In this document: positions 1 through 11,186 of the stretch, one piece after another
Layout: each line of letters starts with the position of its first letter
How positions within the stretch are numbered: the first letter of the stretch is position 1
Assembly (NCBI GenBank): GCA_000002445.1
Contig: CM000208.1
Coordinates: forward strand, 3,488,001 to 3,552,000
Direction of reading: 5' to 3'
Length of the DNA: 64,000 bases
Source of the DNA: Trypanosoma brucei
Lineage: Eukaryota
The notes under the pieces: model-generated
The model's input: the letters and a program-made list of their open reading frames with translations, nothing else
Told to the model about the DNA's origin: nothing
Database searches by the model: none
Made by a program: the position numbers and the translations under genes

Positions 1-490
1 TTTGTTCTTGTTGTTGTTATTGCTGTTGTCGCTTGTTTTGTTTCTTTTTAATTATTATTATTATTATTTTTTTTTCTTTTTACGTCCTCGTTTTCATTCA
101 TTTTATTAACTTTCTTTGTTTTTATTTTTATTTTTTTCTTTTTAAAATACCGTTTCATTTTAGGAACTTCTCCTCTCTTATTTTATACCATATCATCGTT
201 ATATCACCACCACCATTGCCATCGTATTATTATTATTATTATCATCATCATCATCATCAATATTGTTACCCCCTCCTGTTTGTTCGAGTACAAAAAGCAG
301 AGAGATACAAACCAAACAACAACAACAAGGAAAAATAATAATAATAATAATAAAAAAACAAAAGATGGAAAAAAGGGGGAAAAACAAAAAAACAGAAGAA
401 GAAAAAAACGAACACGTATTTAAAAACTTACAAGTAAAAGAGAAAAAGAGTAAAGAGAAAACGAAAAATAAGAAGCGGGAGAAATGAGAT

Positions 491-557
491 TTATTTGATT
501 CCTCATGTGGACTCCCTTCCCTGGTAGATGCAGGAATCCACATGAGGAATCAAATAA
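491..557. repeat. perfect 21 bp inverted repeat (ttatttgattcctcatgtgga and tccacatgaggaatcaaataa) with a 25 bp spacer, forming a potential hairpin
   Basis: Left arm 491-511 and right arm 537-557 are exact reverse complements. It sits in otherwise homopolymer-rich sequence. Confidence 0.85.
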
Positions 558-1232
558 AACATATAAAAATCAAAACAATACAAAAAAAACAAAAAAAAGG
601 AGGAGGTCGCAGAGGCGAAGCGACGTGCTGAAGAGTGTACTGAAAACAAATGAAAGGAACAAAAAAAAAAGGCAAAAAAAAAGAGAGAGGGGTGTTGAGA
701 CCATTGAATGTTTTTGATTGCCAGCAAAGCGATAAAAACAAAAATAAAAGTAAAAAAAAACTATTCTACCGAAGGAGGGGGGAAGAAGGCTTTTTTTAAA
801 AGGACAAACAAGGGGAATAGGGAAGAAATGAACAAAAAGCAAAAAAAAAAAACACCGCTATCGGAAGTGAGTCATAACACTACGCACGCTATATATATAT
901 ATATATATATGCGCCTCTTTTTATACGGGTGTGCGCGTGCGCTTTCCTTTTTTTTTCTTTCTTTCTCCTCTTCATTCCTAAATATTTATTAGTTCGTGTG
1001 GCATCGAGTGAAATCCGTCGTTGCGTGCGGGGTCGCTAAAAAAAAAAAAACAAAAACAGAAAAGGGTAAAGGGTAAAAACTGTCAACCTCCATTATTCTT
1101 TTTCTTTTCCCTAATTATTTTACCTTCAATTTTATTTTGGCTCCTCTTCTTTTTTTTTAATTTCATTATTTCCTTTTACACCAAACACATTTACACTCCT
1201 TTTTCTTTTTATAAATATACTGCCGTTCTCAC

Positions 1233-1276
<44 letters not shown>

Positions 1277-4200
1277 AATATATATAAATAAATATTTCTT
1301 TCTCTCACTGTACCTCTACCCTTTTAAACATTTCCCAACAACCACTGGGCTCAATAGAAAAAAAAAAAGTGACAACAACGGTATTATCACCGTGAAAAAG
1401 AGAAAGAAAAAGATATGGTAAAAAAAAACATAAATACAAATATAAATAGAAAGAAGGTGGGGAATAATTTAAAAAAAAACTGAAAGAAAAAAAGAAAAAA
1501 ACAAGGGGAAAGAAGTCAAATCCAAAAGACGTTAACGGTGAAATAACACAAATTGGAAGAAAAGATAAAAATGAAGATAAATGGGACTTTTATAATTTAA
1601 TAAAAGAAAAAAAACAACAAAGGAGACATTTTATTTTGCTTCACCGGCTTTCTTTTCTTTTTCCTGCTTTCATGGGAGAAGGAAGGACGAAGGAAAGAGA
1701 AACTTTACAAAAAAAAAAAAGAAACGAAAACGAAAAATTAAAAAAAACAAAAAAAAACAAAAAGCAAAAGGGAATGGAAAAAGTGACACCAGGCGACAAA
1801 GTGGAAAATGAGAAGAAGATAAAAGACAAAAAAACAGAAGGGAGAAGAGGAGGGGAACAAAAAGCAAAAACGTAATATCGCTCGAATAAAAATAAAAATA
1901 GAAACATAATTTTTTTTAAAAAAAAGAAGAGAGTCAACAAAGAGAAAAGTAGAAAAACAAAAAGTTAACAAAAACAAAAAAAATCATAGCGTGGACCCCA
2001 AGGGAAACTATTCTGTACTGTGCTTTTATTCATTTGGTTCACTTTCCTCCCTTGTCAAAGCGTCACCATAACGGTGACAACAAACGGTAGAACGCGATAA
2101 TAATAATAATAATAATAACAGTAATAATAATAATAATTGAACTCATATTTTAGTGCACGCGTGCGTGTGAGTGCAGGTTTAGGTTTGTGTACGCGTGAAC
2201 ACTTATTAATATTATATTTTAAAGGGTTGTTATTATTATCGTTGGTGTTAATATCGTTAGCATTATCATCATTATTATTAGGATCGAAGGAGCAAAACAA
2301 AAATATTTCGAAACATCAACAACAACAAAAAAAAAAAGGGAACTCTGGATAGGACCACGGGAGTTTAAACGGGGAGGATGGAAAAAAAACAAAAATAAAG
2401 AAGAAAAAGAGAGAAAACGGTGGATCTAGTGGAAATGGATGCCAAATAAACAAACAAATATATATATATATTGGTAATGGTATTGATATTGATATTGATA
2501 TATTGATATATTTAATAAAATGGAAAAAGCAAATAACAAGAAAGAGCAAAAGTGAAGACTATCAGACAACAACGACAACAAATGAAAGAATGAAATAAAA
2601 TCAAAAACTATAAAATTTTTAAAAAATTAAAAAAAGGAACTACAGAGACTTATGTGACGAATGAAGGAGCGAAGTGGGCGAACAGGAGCAGCATTAGCTG
2701 GCATACACACATACACATATGTTAATATGTAAATATGTAAATATATAAATTAAATACTAACCTAATATATAAACATATATGTACTTACCGGCACGTAAGC
2801 GTAGACATAGTTCCCTCACGCCCACAGCCCCTACTTCAAACATAAACATATATCCGTAGCACATATAATATTATATTTATATATACAAACATACATATAT
2901 ACGAAATAAGGTCATCCATCACCACTTCCATCAATATCTTTTTTTCTTTTCTTTTCTTATTTCATTGTGCTTTTGAGTTTCTCTCCCCCTCGCTTTTTTT
3001 TTCTTTTTTAACCTTTTGATTTGTTCGTTTGTTTCTCATTCTTTTTTTTTTCCTCCTACTCCCCCCCCCCTCTCCCTTTTTCCCGTAGTAAAGATTATTA
3101 TTATTATTATTTCTTTTTTTTTCCTCTCCCTCTCTCTCTCTCTTCACAGAAAATACAGTAAGGCACACATCTCCCCACTCACAGCACTAAACACAAAAGA
3201 GAGATTTTTCCTTTTTTTTTTGTTTTTTTGTAAAAGGAAAAAAAATGTACATACCAAAAACTAAAACAAAAAGAACAATAATAAAGAAAAAGTGAACGAA
3301 AACGAAAACAATGAGCGACAAGCGTAAACTTAATAAATAAAAAAAATGAAAAAAAATGAAAAATGAAAAAACAGACAAAAACCTCTTCGTGTTATTCCCC
3401 GTCCTCAGACCTCATTCTCATCATCTCACCACACAAATTTTCGCCACTTAAACGCCAGCTGTACTTTCGCCCCCTCCCCCCCCCCCAAAGAAAAAAATAT
3501 AAATATAAATATAAATAAAAATATTAATATTAATATTAACTTCGCGGTGTCACAAACTTCCCTTCTTCCTTTTCTCTCCTTTTCGTATCGAATACCTTCG
3601 CACAAACACACACATATAAATACATATAAAAAAAACGAAAAAAAAAAAATATATATATATATGTATATTTCGTACACGGTGGCATCCCTACTACAAATAT
3701 TTGAGAAGAACAAAACAAGAAAAAAACCTTTGTGTATTCCTCTTTTTTCCTTCTTGGTTATTTTAATTTTTTTAAAAAAAAATTATTTATTTATCGATCT
3801 CTGCATTGTCTTCACCGAATCGCGCACGCTTCATTCTTTTCCTTTGAAATCATTTTAAAAAAAAAACTCGAAATTGTTTCGTATGCGCTTGCGGGCTCTC
3901 ACGCCCCTCCCCCCAAACAGAGAAACCAACTAAAGTTTAAAACAAATGACAATAGTTTCTGTGCATATTTTCCCTCTCCTTAACAAGTACAAGAAAAAAC
4001 AAAAAAAAAAAAAGAAAAGCACACATTCACACACTTTGGTCGCCGCAAATGTGATTTCCATCCCCTTCGTTCTCCTTCCTTTCCCCCTTCTCTCCTTTTC
4101 TATCTTGGAAAAAAAAAATAATAATAAAACAAAATAAAGTAAAATAAAGTAAACAGTTTAATTATCTTCCCCCTTTTCACCCCACACACCCACACCGCAC

Positions 4201-5510
4201 GCACGCACGAACGTAAATTTTTATGCGTTGAGACTCTTCCTTTTCTTTCTTTATTTCTTTACTAATTTATTCATCTCTTGAGTGTTTTGTCATAGTTTTA
4301 TCATTATTTTTTTTTTTTTGCGTCTCCTTCCTTGATGCCGCTCAGCCGCTACACATGCCTTTTCTCGCCTTCCCTTCGTTTCTCTTCGGTGTTTTCTTTT
4401 TGCTTTCCTCCTTCTTCTTTTTCCCCCCTTTTTTCTCTCTTTTCTTTTTCTTGTTTTAGTTTTAATTTTAGTTTTAGTTCTATTTTTATTATTGTTGTTG
4501 CTTTCCCCTTGTTTTGCTCCTCCATTTCCTTCATTCCTTCCCTTGTTTTAATGTTGCGGTTTTTTGTTCTGTTCTCTCCTTCAATGCTTCTTCCTTCTCC
4601 GAAATCGTGTTCGGTACGGGTTCAGATGAGAAGTCACACACACACACAAAAAAAAAAAAAAGAGATTCGGCCTCCTCCCGCTCCCCCTTTAGGTTCCAAA
4701 AAAAAAAAAAAAGAGGCGTAACAGCACTCACAGCACTGTTTCTCCATGTTTCTTTTCCTTCTTCTTCTTTCTTCCTCTTCTTTTGTTCGTTTAACATCAA
4801 TGATATGTTTCGGTGAAAAGATAAAACGAACTGTAGAAGAAAATGGGAGAAGGAGGAAGACCGATGCAGTGGCACACCATCTGCCAAAAGCGCATCTTTC
4901 TTCTGCTCTTCTTTTCTTTTTATTTCTATTCCTTCTCCTTCCTTTCCCATTTTAGTCACTTCCCCTTCACCTTCCCATAACGCCACACGCCACATGCCGT
5001 CCAAAGACAGTTTGGTGACGGTAGAAAAGGTTTTTTTTTCCCCATCCCACCACTTTAAATACCCCTCAAACATAAATAAATAAATTTATATTTATATATA
5101 TATATATATACTTTTTTTTTCGTTTCTCTGTGCGCGAGCGGCTCCACGGCTGACGGTCAAGAATTTCTGAAACTCTGCTCCCTTCCCCTCCCTTCCCTTC
5201 CTCCTTCAGTAACAACACAAAAAGACGCTCCCTCGTCCTCCTCTAAGCGGAAGAGGAGTTCTGGGGTGAAACGAACTTCGAAACAAGAAAAAAAAAAAGG
5301 TCTCGCAACACTCCCCACCTCCTAACCAATAAACACACACTTACAATCATTCCGCTACCAACCAACTCACTATCCTATACCTACGTGTTGAACTGCACGG
5401 AGCACAATTTATCTTTCCAGTCACGCAAAGACAAAAAGGAAGCGTCAAACCTCAGCGTCACTTTCTTCCACAAAGTGTAGTTCTGCAGCCGTTAACACTT
5501 TCACACACAC

Positions 5511-5830
5511 TTACATGGTGGGGCCTCCTCCTCCTCCTCCAAACATCCCGCGCATATTTCCTCCCGATGCTCCAAATCCCCCGCTGCCGAAACCGCCACC
5601 ACCGCCACCACCACCGCCGCCGCGACCACCGCCCATTCCAAAACCACCGCTGTTGCCGCCACGCCCGAAAACGTTGCTCATTCCAAAACCACCGCTGTTG
5701 CCACCCCGACCGCCGCGATAACCACCGCCACCACCGCCGCCACCGCGACCACCGCCCATTCCAAAACCACCGCTGTTGCCACCACGCCCGAAACCGCGAT
5801 AACCGCCGCCACCACCTCCGCGGTTATTGT
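5511..5830 (-). repeat. in-frame tandem DNA repeats encoding the Gly/Arg-rich tail of the helicase
   Basis: The block ccattccaaaaccaccgctgttgccaccacgcccgaaa... recurs at about 5630 and about 5750. At protein level the repeat is GGNSGGFGMGGGRGGGGGGGG. Confidence 0.8.
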
Positions 5831-7367
5831 TGTTGTTATTATTGTTGGGGCGCTTGGCCAGTGCACGAACTTCAGGAGAAATGACCTGATTGGTCTCATT
5901 GAGAAGTGGAATGAGATCATCCACAATGTTGCGGTTCTTCTCGTTAAAAAATGAAATGGCGACGCCCACTTTGCCAGCACGGCCTGTGCGGCCGATGCGA
6001 TGCACGTAATCGTCAATATTGCTCGGCATGTCATATTGGATCACAACCCCGACATTGGGGATGTCGAGTCCGCGAGAAGCTACGTCTGTTGCGACAAGAA
6101 CTTGACAAGCGCCTGACTTAAACAGCCTGAGAGCCTCTTCGCGCTCACGCTGCACACGATCGCCGTGGATAGAAACGCACGCCAACTCGCTATTGCGCAG
6201 GAAACGCTCCAAATAATCGGCATCACGCTTCTTTTCGACAAAAACGAGAACAAGCTTGCCTTCATTTTCACGAAGTAACGTGAGTAGCGCCTGACGCTTG
6301 TCCGGGTCCTCAATCCAGCGAACGTCCTGAGTGATATTCTCCGTTGTGGAGCCCACGCGTCCAACCTGAAGGAACGAGTGGCGGCACATAAACTCCCTGG
6401 CGAGCCGCTGAATCTCAACGGGAAAAGTGGCAGAATAGAGCAGAGTTTGGCGCTGACCTGCCCTTGGCATATCACTGTCTGGACCTTGAACAATCATCCG
6501 AATTTGCGGTTCAAATCCCATATCCAGCATTCGATCAGCTTCATCCAATATCAGGAAGCGGATTTCAGAGAAGCGGACGTATCCACGAGAGAACATATCC
6601 ATAAGTCGTCCAGGGGTCGCAACAAGCAATTTACACCCGCGGGAGAGCTCATGTACCTGGTGGCGTGGATCAGCACCGCCATAGACGACTACACAGCGGA
6701 CAGGCGTATGGTAGGTGAACTTGCGGGCTTCTCCATAGATCTGAAGGGAAAGCTCCCTCGTTGGTGCAAGGATAAGGGCTTGGGGGCTGGAGTGGCTGCC
6801 CGGGCTGTACGGAGGGCGGTTCGAAATATTCAACAGTATCTCGTTGATAGCAGGAATAAGGTACGAAGCTGTTTTCCCCGAACCAGTTTGTGCACACGCC
6901 ATAAGATCCCGATGATTGAGCGCTGTTGGAATACCCAAGCTCTGCACAGGCGTTGGCTTGGTGTACCCACAGCGTTTCACATTTTCCAGCAGCACCGGAA
7001 CCATGTTCATTTCACTGAACGATAACACTGGCGCAATGTCGTTTGGCGTGATAGTCATATTCACCTCTCCGTGTTGGTCAAAGTTGATGCCCGGAGTGTG
7101 ATCCTTAAATATGTCCTCATCGGCTGGCTCCTCACGGTGGTAGCCATGGCCGGAGGTTTCCCCTTGGTACGGCACGTTGCGACGGATAAATTCGCCACGA
7201 CCACGGGAGGGGCCATCAAAACCTTCGCGCGGCCTTTGCTGATAACCACCATAGTTGTTGTACCCAACCTGGTGGCCGGCTTCGCCAAATGCTGGGGCGC
7301 GTGCCCACGGGTTGGCGTTGGGGTTGAACTGCTGATGGCCGCCCTGGCCGAAATTCATGCCGTGCAT
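5511..7367 (-). CDS. ATP-dependent DEAD-box RNA helicase of the DDX3/Ded1 family (HEL67-like) with a C-terminal Gly/Arg-rich RGG/GYRGG repeat tail
   Basis: Translation contains AQTGSGKT (motif I), PTRELSLQI, DEAD, SAT and HRIGRTGR motifs. The C-terminal roughly 100 aa are GGRGG/GYRGG repeats. The ORF track starts at a non-ATG codon. The first in-frame ATG (MHGMNFGQGG...) is at 7367, read as cat at 7365-7367. Confidence 0.85.
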   Translation of the reverse strand: MHGMNFGQGGHQQFNPNANPWARAPAFGEAGHQVGYNNYGGYQQRPREGFDGPSRGRGEFIRRNVPYQGETSGHGYHREEPADEDIFKDHTPGINFDQHGEVNMTITPNDIAPVLSFSEMNMVPVLLENVKRCGYTKPTPVQSLGIPTALNHRDLMACAQTGSGKTASYLIPAINEILLNISNRPPYSPGSHSSPQALILAPTRELSLQIYGEARKFTYHTPVRCVVVYGGADPRHQVHELSRGCKLLVATPGRLMDMFSRGYVRFSEIRFLILDEADRMLDMGFEPQIRMIVQGPDSDMPRAGQRQTLLYSATFPVEIQRLAREFMCRHSFLQVGRVGSTTENITQDVRWIEDPDKRQALLTLLRENEGKLVLVFVEKKRDADYLERFLRNSELACVSIHGDRVQREREEALRLFKSGACQVLVATDVASRGLDIPNVGVVIQYDMPSNIDDYVHRIGRTGRAGKVGVAISFFNEKNRNIVDDLIPLLNETNQVISPEVRALAKRPNNNNNNNNRGGGGGGYRGFGRGGNSGGFGMGGGRGGGGGGGGYRGGRGGNSGGFGMSNVFGRGGNSGGFGMGGGRGGGGGGGGGGFGSGGFGASGGNMRGMFGGGGGGPTM

Positions 7368-8811
7368 TTTCAAATATCTTTTTTTTTTTGTGAGGGGCAA
7401 GATGGGTGCACAAGGTGGTGAAAGACGTGTCAAAGATTTAAAGCAAACAAGTAACGCTCGTGTAAAGAAGGACAGAGGACAAACAGTTAGCATAAACACG
7501 AAAACGGAGCAAAAAAGCAGCGGACCAAAGCATGGATACGCATGTGAGCAGTACGCAAAACAAAACAAAAAGGAATAAAAAATAGATCACGTTAAAAAAG
7601 CATTGAGGTGATCACACGAATGGCTTGGGCTCACCTCAAACAATACTCACATCACTCACGAACACATAATTCGATGTTGGTGTGCCTCATCCAACGTTCC
7701 CTTGAGTGTTTTTGCACACAATATTCAGTGGAAGGGAAAAGTAACAAGATGTAGCAGCAAAGGGGGAAAACAATGGAATACAACAAAACAAAGTAAGCAA
7801 TATAACAAGCTTCAACGGCCCAACATTACACAAAACATGTTTTGCAACCACGTCACTGCACAAAAGCCTCAATCTTTTTTTCCCCACCACCACCAGCATA
7901 AATAAGGGGTCTCATATAATATGCCTGAGATAACCTCTTTTCCTCACAGCAACAGCCCAGTAATTGCATCACCCCACCCCCACCCGTTAAAAATAAAAAA
8001 ATAAAAAGGACAAGGGCAACACCATCGCGTTTGTTTTTGGAACAAATTATGCACGTCCGCGCGCGGATGTACGCACGGAAACTAACAATGAAACTAAACC
8101 TTATGTCTCTCAGCCTCCCGTGAGAATATACGCTGCGTACACTTACACAGAAATTCGGTGAGGCCACGGCAGTGCAAGTAGTCCGCTTTGTAATGGGGCA
8201 CAACATCAGTGACAACTCTTTGGCACGAATTGCAGTGTTGCCTGAGGAAAGAAATCGAGAAAAAAAAGTGTTTACACTTTGATCCTTCCGTCAATATCGT
8301 AAGGTTGCAGCATAAACCCTCCATGCTGTTCATATCTCAGTGCAAGCGCAGATGCAACAGCCGCCGTTCACTATTCCACGGATGGCATAATCATCGGCGG
8401 CATTAAGTTCCTGTCTGTCCTTACCTACAAATAATGATCTCAACAATAAACAAATAGCAAATACACGAAGGAAAAACAAAACGCAGGAGAAGGACACATG
8501 TGAAATGTTACAAGTGAGGCCGACGAAACCTCCGAAACCACAGGTTACACCACTTCTGCGCGGCGAATCCAAACATGCAGAACAACCTACACATTACATA
8601 TCCCTCATTCTTTTCTAGTTCCCACAAGAATCCTTCCCACAACGCACGTAAACGAACTCCACCACAGGTGGTAAACACGTGGCAGTATAACGGACGCTGA
8701 GGAAGTAAAAAAAAAAAAATGTACATATATTGGTCTGTATAGATATGTTTGCGTACGCATAAATTAATACAAGGAAGCGTCTTACACCGGGGTCGATTCA
8801 CTGCCTCCGCC

Positions 8812-10821
8812 TTATCTCCGTTTAACCTTCTTTCCGCTTCTTGTCAACATGAGGTCCTCCCGCAGCCGTTCCACATCGGTCCTGTACGGCTCCCAGAGTT
8901 CCATGAATTCGTATTGGAGAGAAGAGAAGACGGTTGGCTCAAGCGCACGCAGCCCCTGGAAATGTGATTCCACCATTTGATAACCGACAGCCGGAACGGC
9001 AACCAACGGCTTCTCGGCCTCTTTCTTATCGGTAGTTTTTGCCTTCTTGGGTTCTGCCGCCACGGGGGCCACTGGTTTTTCTCGTGCTTCATACGACACC
9101 TTGAACATCTCTTCATTCACTGGGTGTTTGGAAATTACGACATGTGCGATGGAGATGGTCATTTTCGTCAGCAGATCCGTCTCTGTGGCCGCTGCAAACG
9201 ACACCACGGCTGAGGAGGTGGTTCTCTTCCTTCGTTTTGAGCTTTTTGGAAGAGGTTCACGGGGTTTCCAACCACGAACAACAGCACGTGAAAAGAAATT
9301 GGCCGCAACGTCAAACTTCCTCTCCTCAAATGCACCATCGGCCAAGATCAACATCGCTTCCGTAATGCTCTCAGGCGGAATCGATGGTCCCTGAGGAGAG
9401 GAAAGAGATACCTCTACAAACTTTTCGTAATCACGCAGCGCCGCTGCACGATCCTCGTGTGAATTTGATGGATACCTTTCACTGCGCTGGTAGAACGCGT
9501 TGGCTCGTTGCAGGTACGCCATAGCTCTGCAATAATGTTCCCCATGCATACTTAACAGAAGTGATAAGTCTACAATCGCATTATTGAAATTCTCCAGCTT
9601 CGATGCGTACACAGAAGCACGGCGCAAAAGCGTTTGTTGCCGCTCCAGCGCCGTCTGCCGGCGATCGAGGGCTTTAGAAAGTTCCTCCAACTCCGACTGC
9701 GTATCATTCATCATAGCACACACATCGGCTGCACGAAAGTGATACCTTGCGCAGTTGCTGCGCAGATGCTGAAGATTGCGAAGGTTCTCAAGAGCCAGCG
9801 GCACATCACCTGCTGCAATGGCACCTTCGGCGGCCTCCTCGAAGGCATTTACGTATTCTACATTTGAGGCAGCCAGTTTGTAGAACTCGCGCGCCTGCCT
9901 CATCCGCTCGTCTGCTACGCTACAACACACGTGCACTTTTTCAGGGGAAGATTCGGCCGAAGCTTGTGAAAGTGACTCCTCTGCCTGCCGGTCCCTCACA
10001 AGACCCAAACAATAATACGCATGAGACTCATAAAAACTTGGTGAATCAAAGAATTTTGGACTCTTCGATGAAGGGGAAAGTATGGTAGAGTTTGACTCCT
10101 TTGCAAACCGCAACAACTCACGCAAGTGGTGTTCGGCACCCTCATAATGACCTGCCTTCAGAGCACATTGACCGGTGTGAGCCAGCATGGCCATGCTGGG
10201 CTCGTTAATGAAAAGGTACTTTTTGTACTCGTTGTACGCGTCGTTGTAATTTCCTAGATGTTCTTGACAGGAGGCTCGCAAGGCATATGTGGCCGATGTG
10301 AGAGGATCTAAACGGCTGCTTAGTAGAAAGAAATTGAGGGCCTTCTGGTAGTCGCTCTGCCGCATCGCTACCTTCCCTAAGCGAGAGAGAATCCCCGCAA
10401 CACAACTGTGGTTCTGCTCCGCCATGCCTTCGGGTACAATTGCTCCGCTTTGAGTGTCACCCACTGGATGGTTTCCACCCCGCTGCAACTGCTCTAAAGC
10501 AATCTGCAGGTAATTGTTCGCTTCGGTGAGTTTACCCTCATTCTCCAGTGCATCAGCACGGTCAATACACCATTGGACGGAAACTGCAAAATTCCACGCC
10601 GACGACGAGGCACCTTTAATGGTGGCTTCACGACGTGTGGCGAAAGGTACACCACACGTTCCACCGTAGCGGTCGGAGAAGGTGTGATACGCCGGGGGTT
10701 CCCGGCCGGACTCAACTACCGACCGATGGTACTCCTCAACAAGACGCCGCCTGAAAGCCGGGCAATCGTTTTTTGGCGGCACCACTTTGACGGCGGCGGC
10801 CTTTTTCTTTGAATCGCTCAT
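8812..10821 (-). CDS. TPR-repeat-containing hypothetical protein
   Basis: 669 aa ORF with an ATG start (cat at 10819-10821). Repeated 34-residue helical motifs with the A/Y/L spacing typical of TPR, for example ...YQKALNFFLLSSRLDP..., ...AYNEYKKYLFINEP.... Confidence 0.55.
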   Translation of the reverse strand: MSDSKKKAAAVKVVPPKNDCPAFRRRLVEEYHRSVVESGREPPAYHTFSDRYGGTCGVPFATRREATIKGASSSAWNFAVSVQWCIDRADALENEGKLTEANNYLQIALEQLQRGGNHPVGDTQSGAIVPEGMAEQNHSCVAGILSRLGKVAMRQSDYQKALNFFLLSSRLDPLTSATYALRASCQEHLGNYNDAYNEYKKYLFINEPSMAMLAHTGQCALKAGHYEGAEHHLRELLRFAKESNSTILSPSSKSPKFFDSPSFYESHAYYCLGLVRDRQAEESLSQASAESSPEKVHVCCSVADERMRQAREFYKLAASNVEYVNAFEEAAEGAIAAGDVPLALENLRNLQHLRSNCARYHFRAADVCAMMNDTQSELEELSKALDRRQTALERQQTLLRRASVYASKLENFNNAIVDLSLLLSMHGEHYCRAMAYLQRANAFYQRSERYPSNSHEDRAAALRDYEKFVEVSLSSPQGPSIPPESITEAMLILADGAFEERKFDVAANFFSRAVVRGWKPREPLPKSSKRRKRTTSSAVVSFAAATETDLLTKMTISIAHVVISKHPVNEEMFKVSYEAREKPVAPVAAEPKKAKTTDKKEAEKPLVAVPAVGYQMVESHFQGLRALEPTVFSSLQYEFMELWEPYRTDVERLREDLMLTRSGKKVKRR

Positions 10822-11186
10822 CCTAAGGAAAATAATGACAATAGTAACACCAATAGCAGGTTATGAACGGAGTCAACCCTTTTTTTTCACTTTTTTTTCT
10901 CCTTCACGATTCTCAGACCCACCTGAGTAACACCTACACTACACACAGACTCAGGCTAGTGTTCATATGGTAAAAAAAAATAAAGAAAAAAAGCATAACA
11001 TATCAGGCAAGAATCACCAACTGTAATAGTACAAGCAAAGTTAACCTGGCCCTAAGAAGGCCAACCGAGAGGGCACAACAACAGAATCATAGTGGTAGTC
11101 AAACATTCAAGACGAAAAAAAAAAAAGATGCAGATGTACAAACAAGCGAAATCTACACATAACAAAAGGGCGGAAACCCAACAACT

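Noticed and set aside
33-2549. Multiple 60-115 aa ORFs in the first 5 kb, such as 199-543 and 1641-1940
   Set aside because: Homopolymer and microsatellite low-complexity translations (poly-K, poly-F, poly-E). No coding signature.
5515-5721. Proline-rich (PPPPRPPP) plus-strand ORFs, also seen at 33189-33464 and 39694-39930
   Set aside because: These are the reverse complement of Gly/Arg-rich RGG coding repeats in the helicase, S2 and fibrillarin. Poly-Pro is the antisense reading of GGN codons.
6378-7025. 215 aa plus-strand ORF inside the helicase gene
   Set aside because: Antisense to a strongly supported DEAD-box CDS. No recognisable motifs, so it is a typical shadow ORF.
8094-8333. 79 aa Cys-containing minus-strand ORF between the helicase and the TPR gene, a possible zinc-ribbon mini-protein
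   Set aside because: It contains an internal T9 tract and has no match to any small Zn-ribbon family I can recall. More likely intergenic sequence with a chance ORF.
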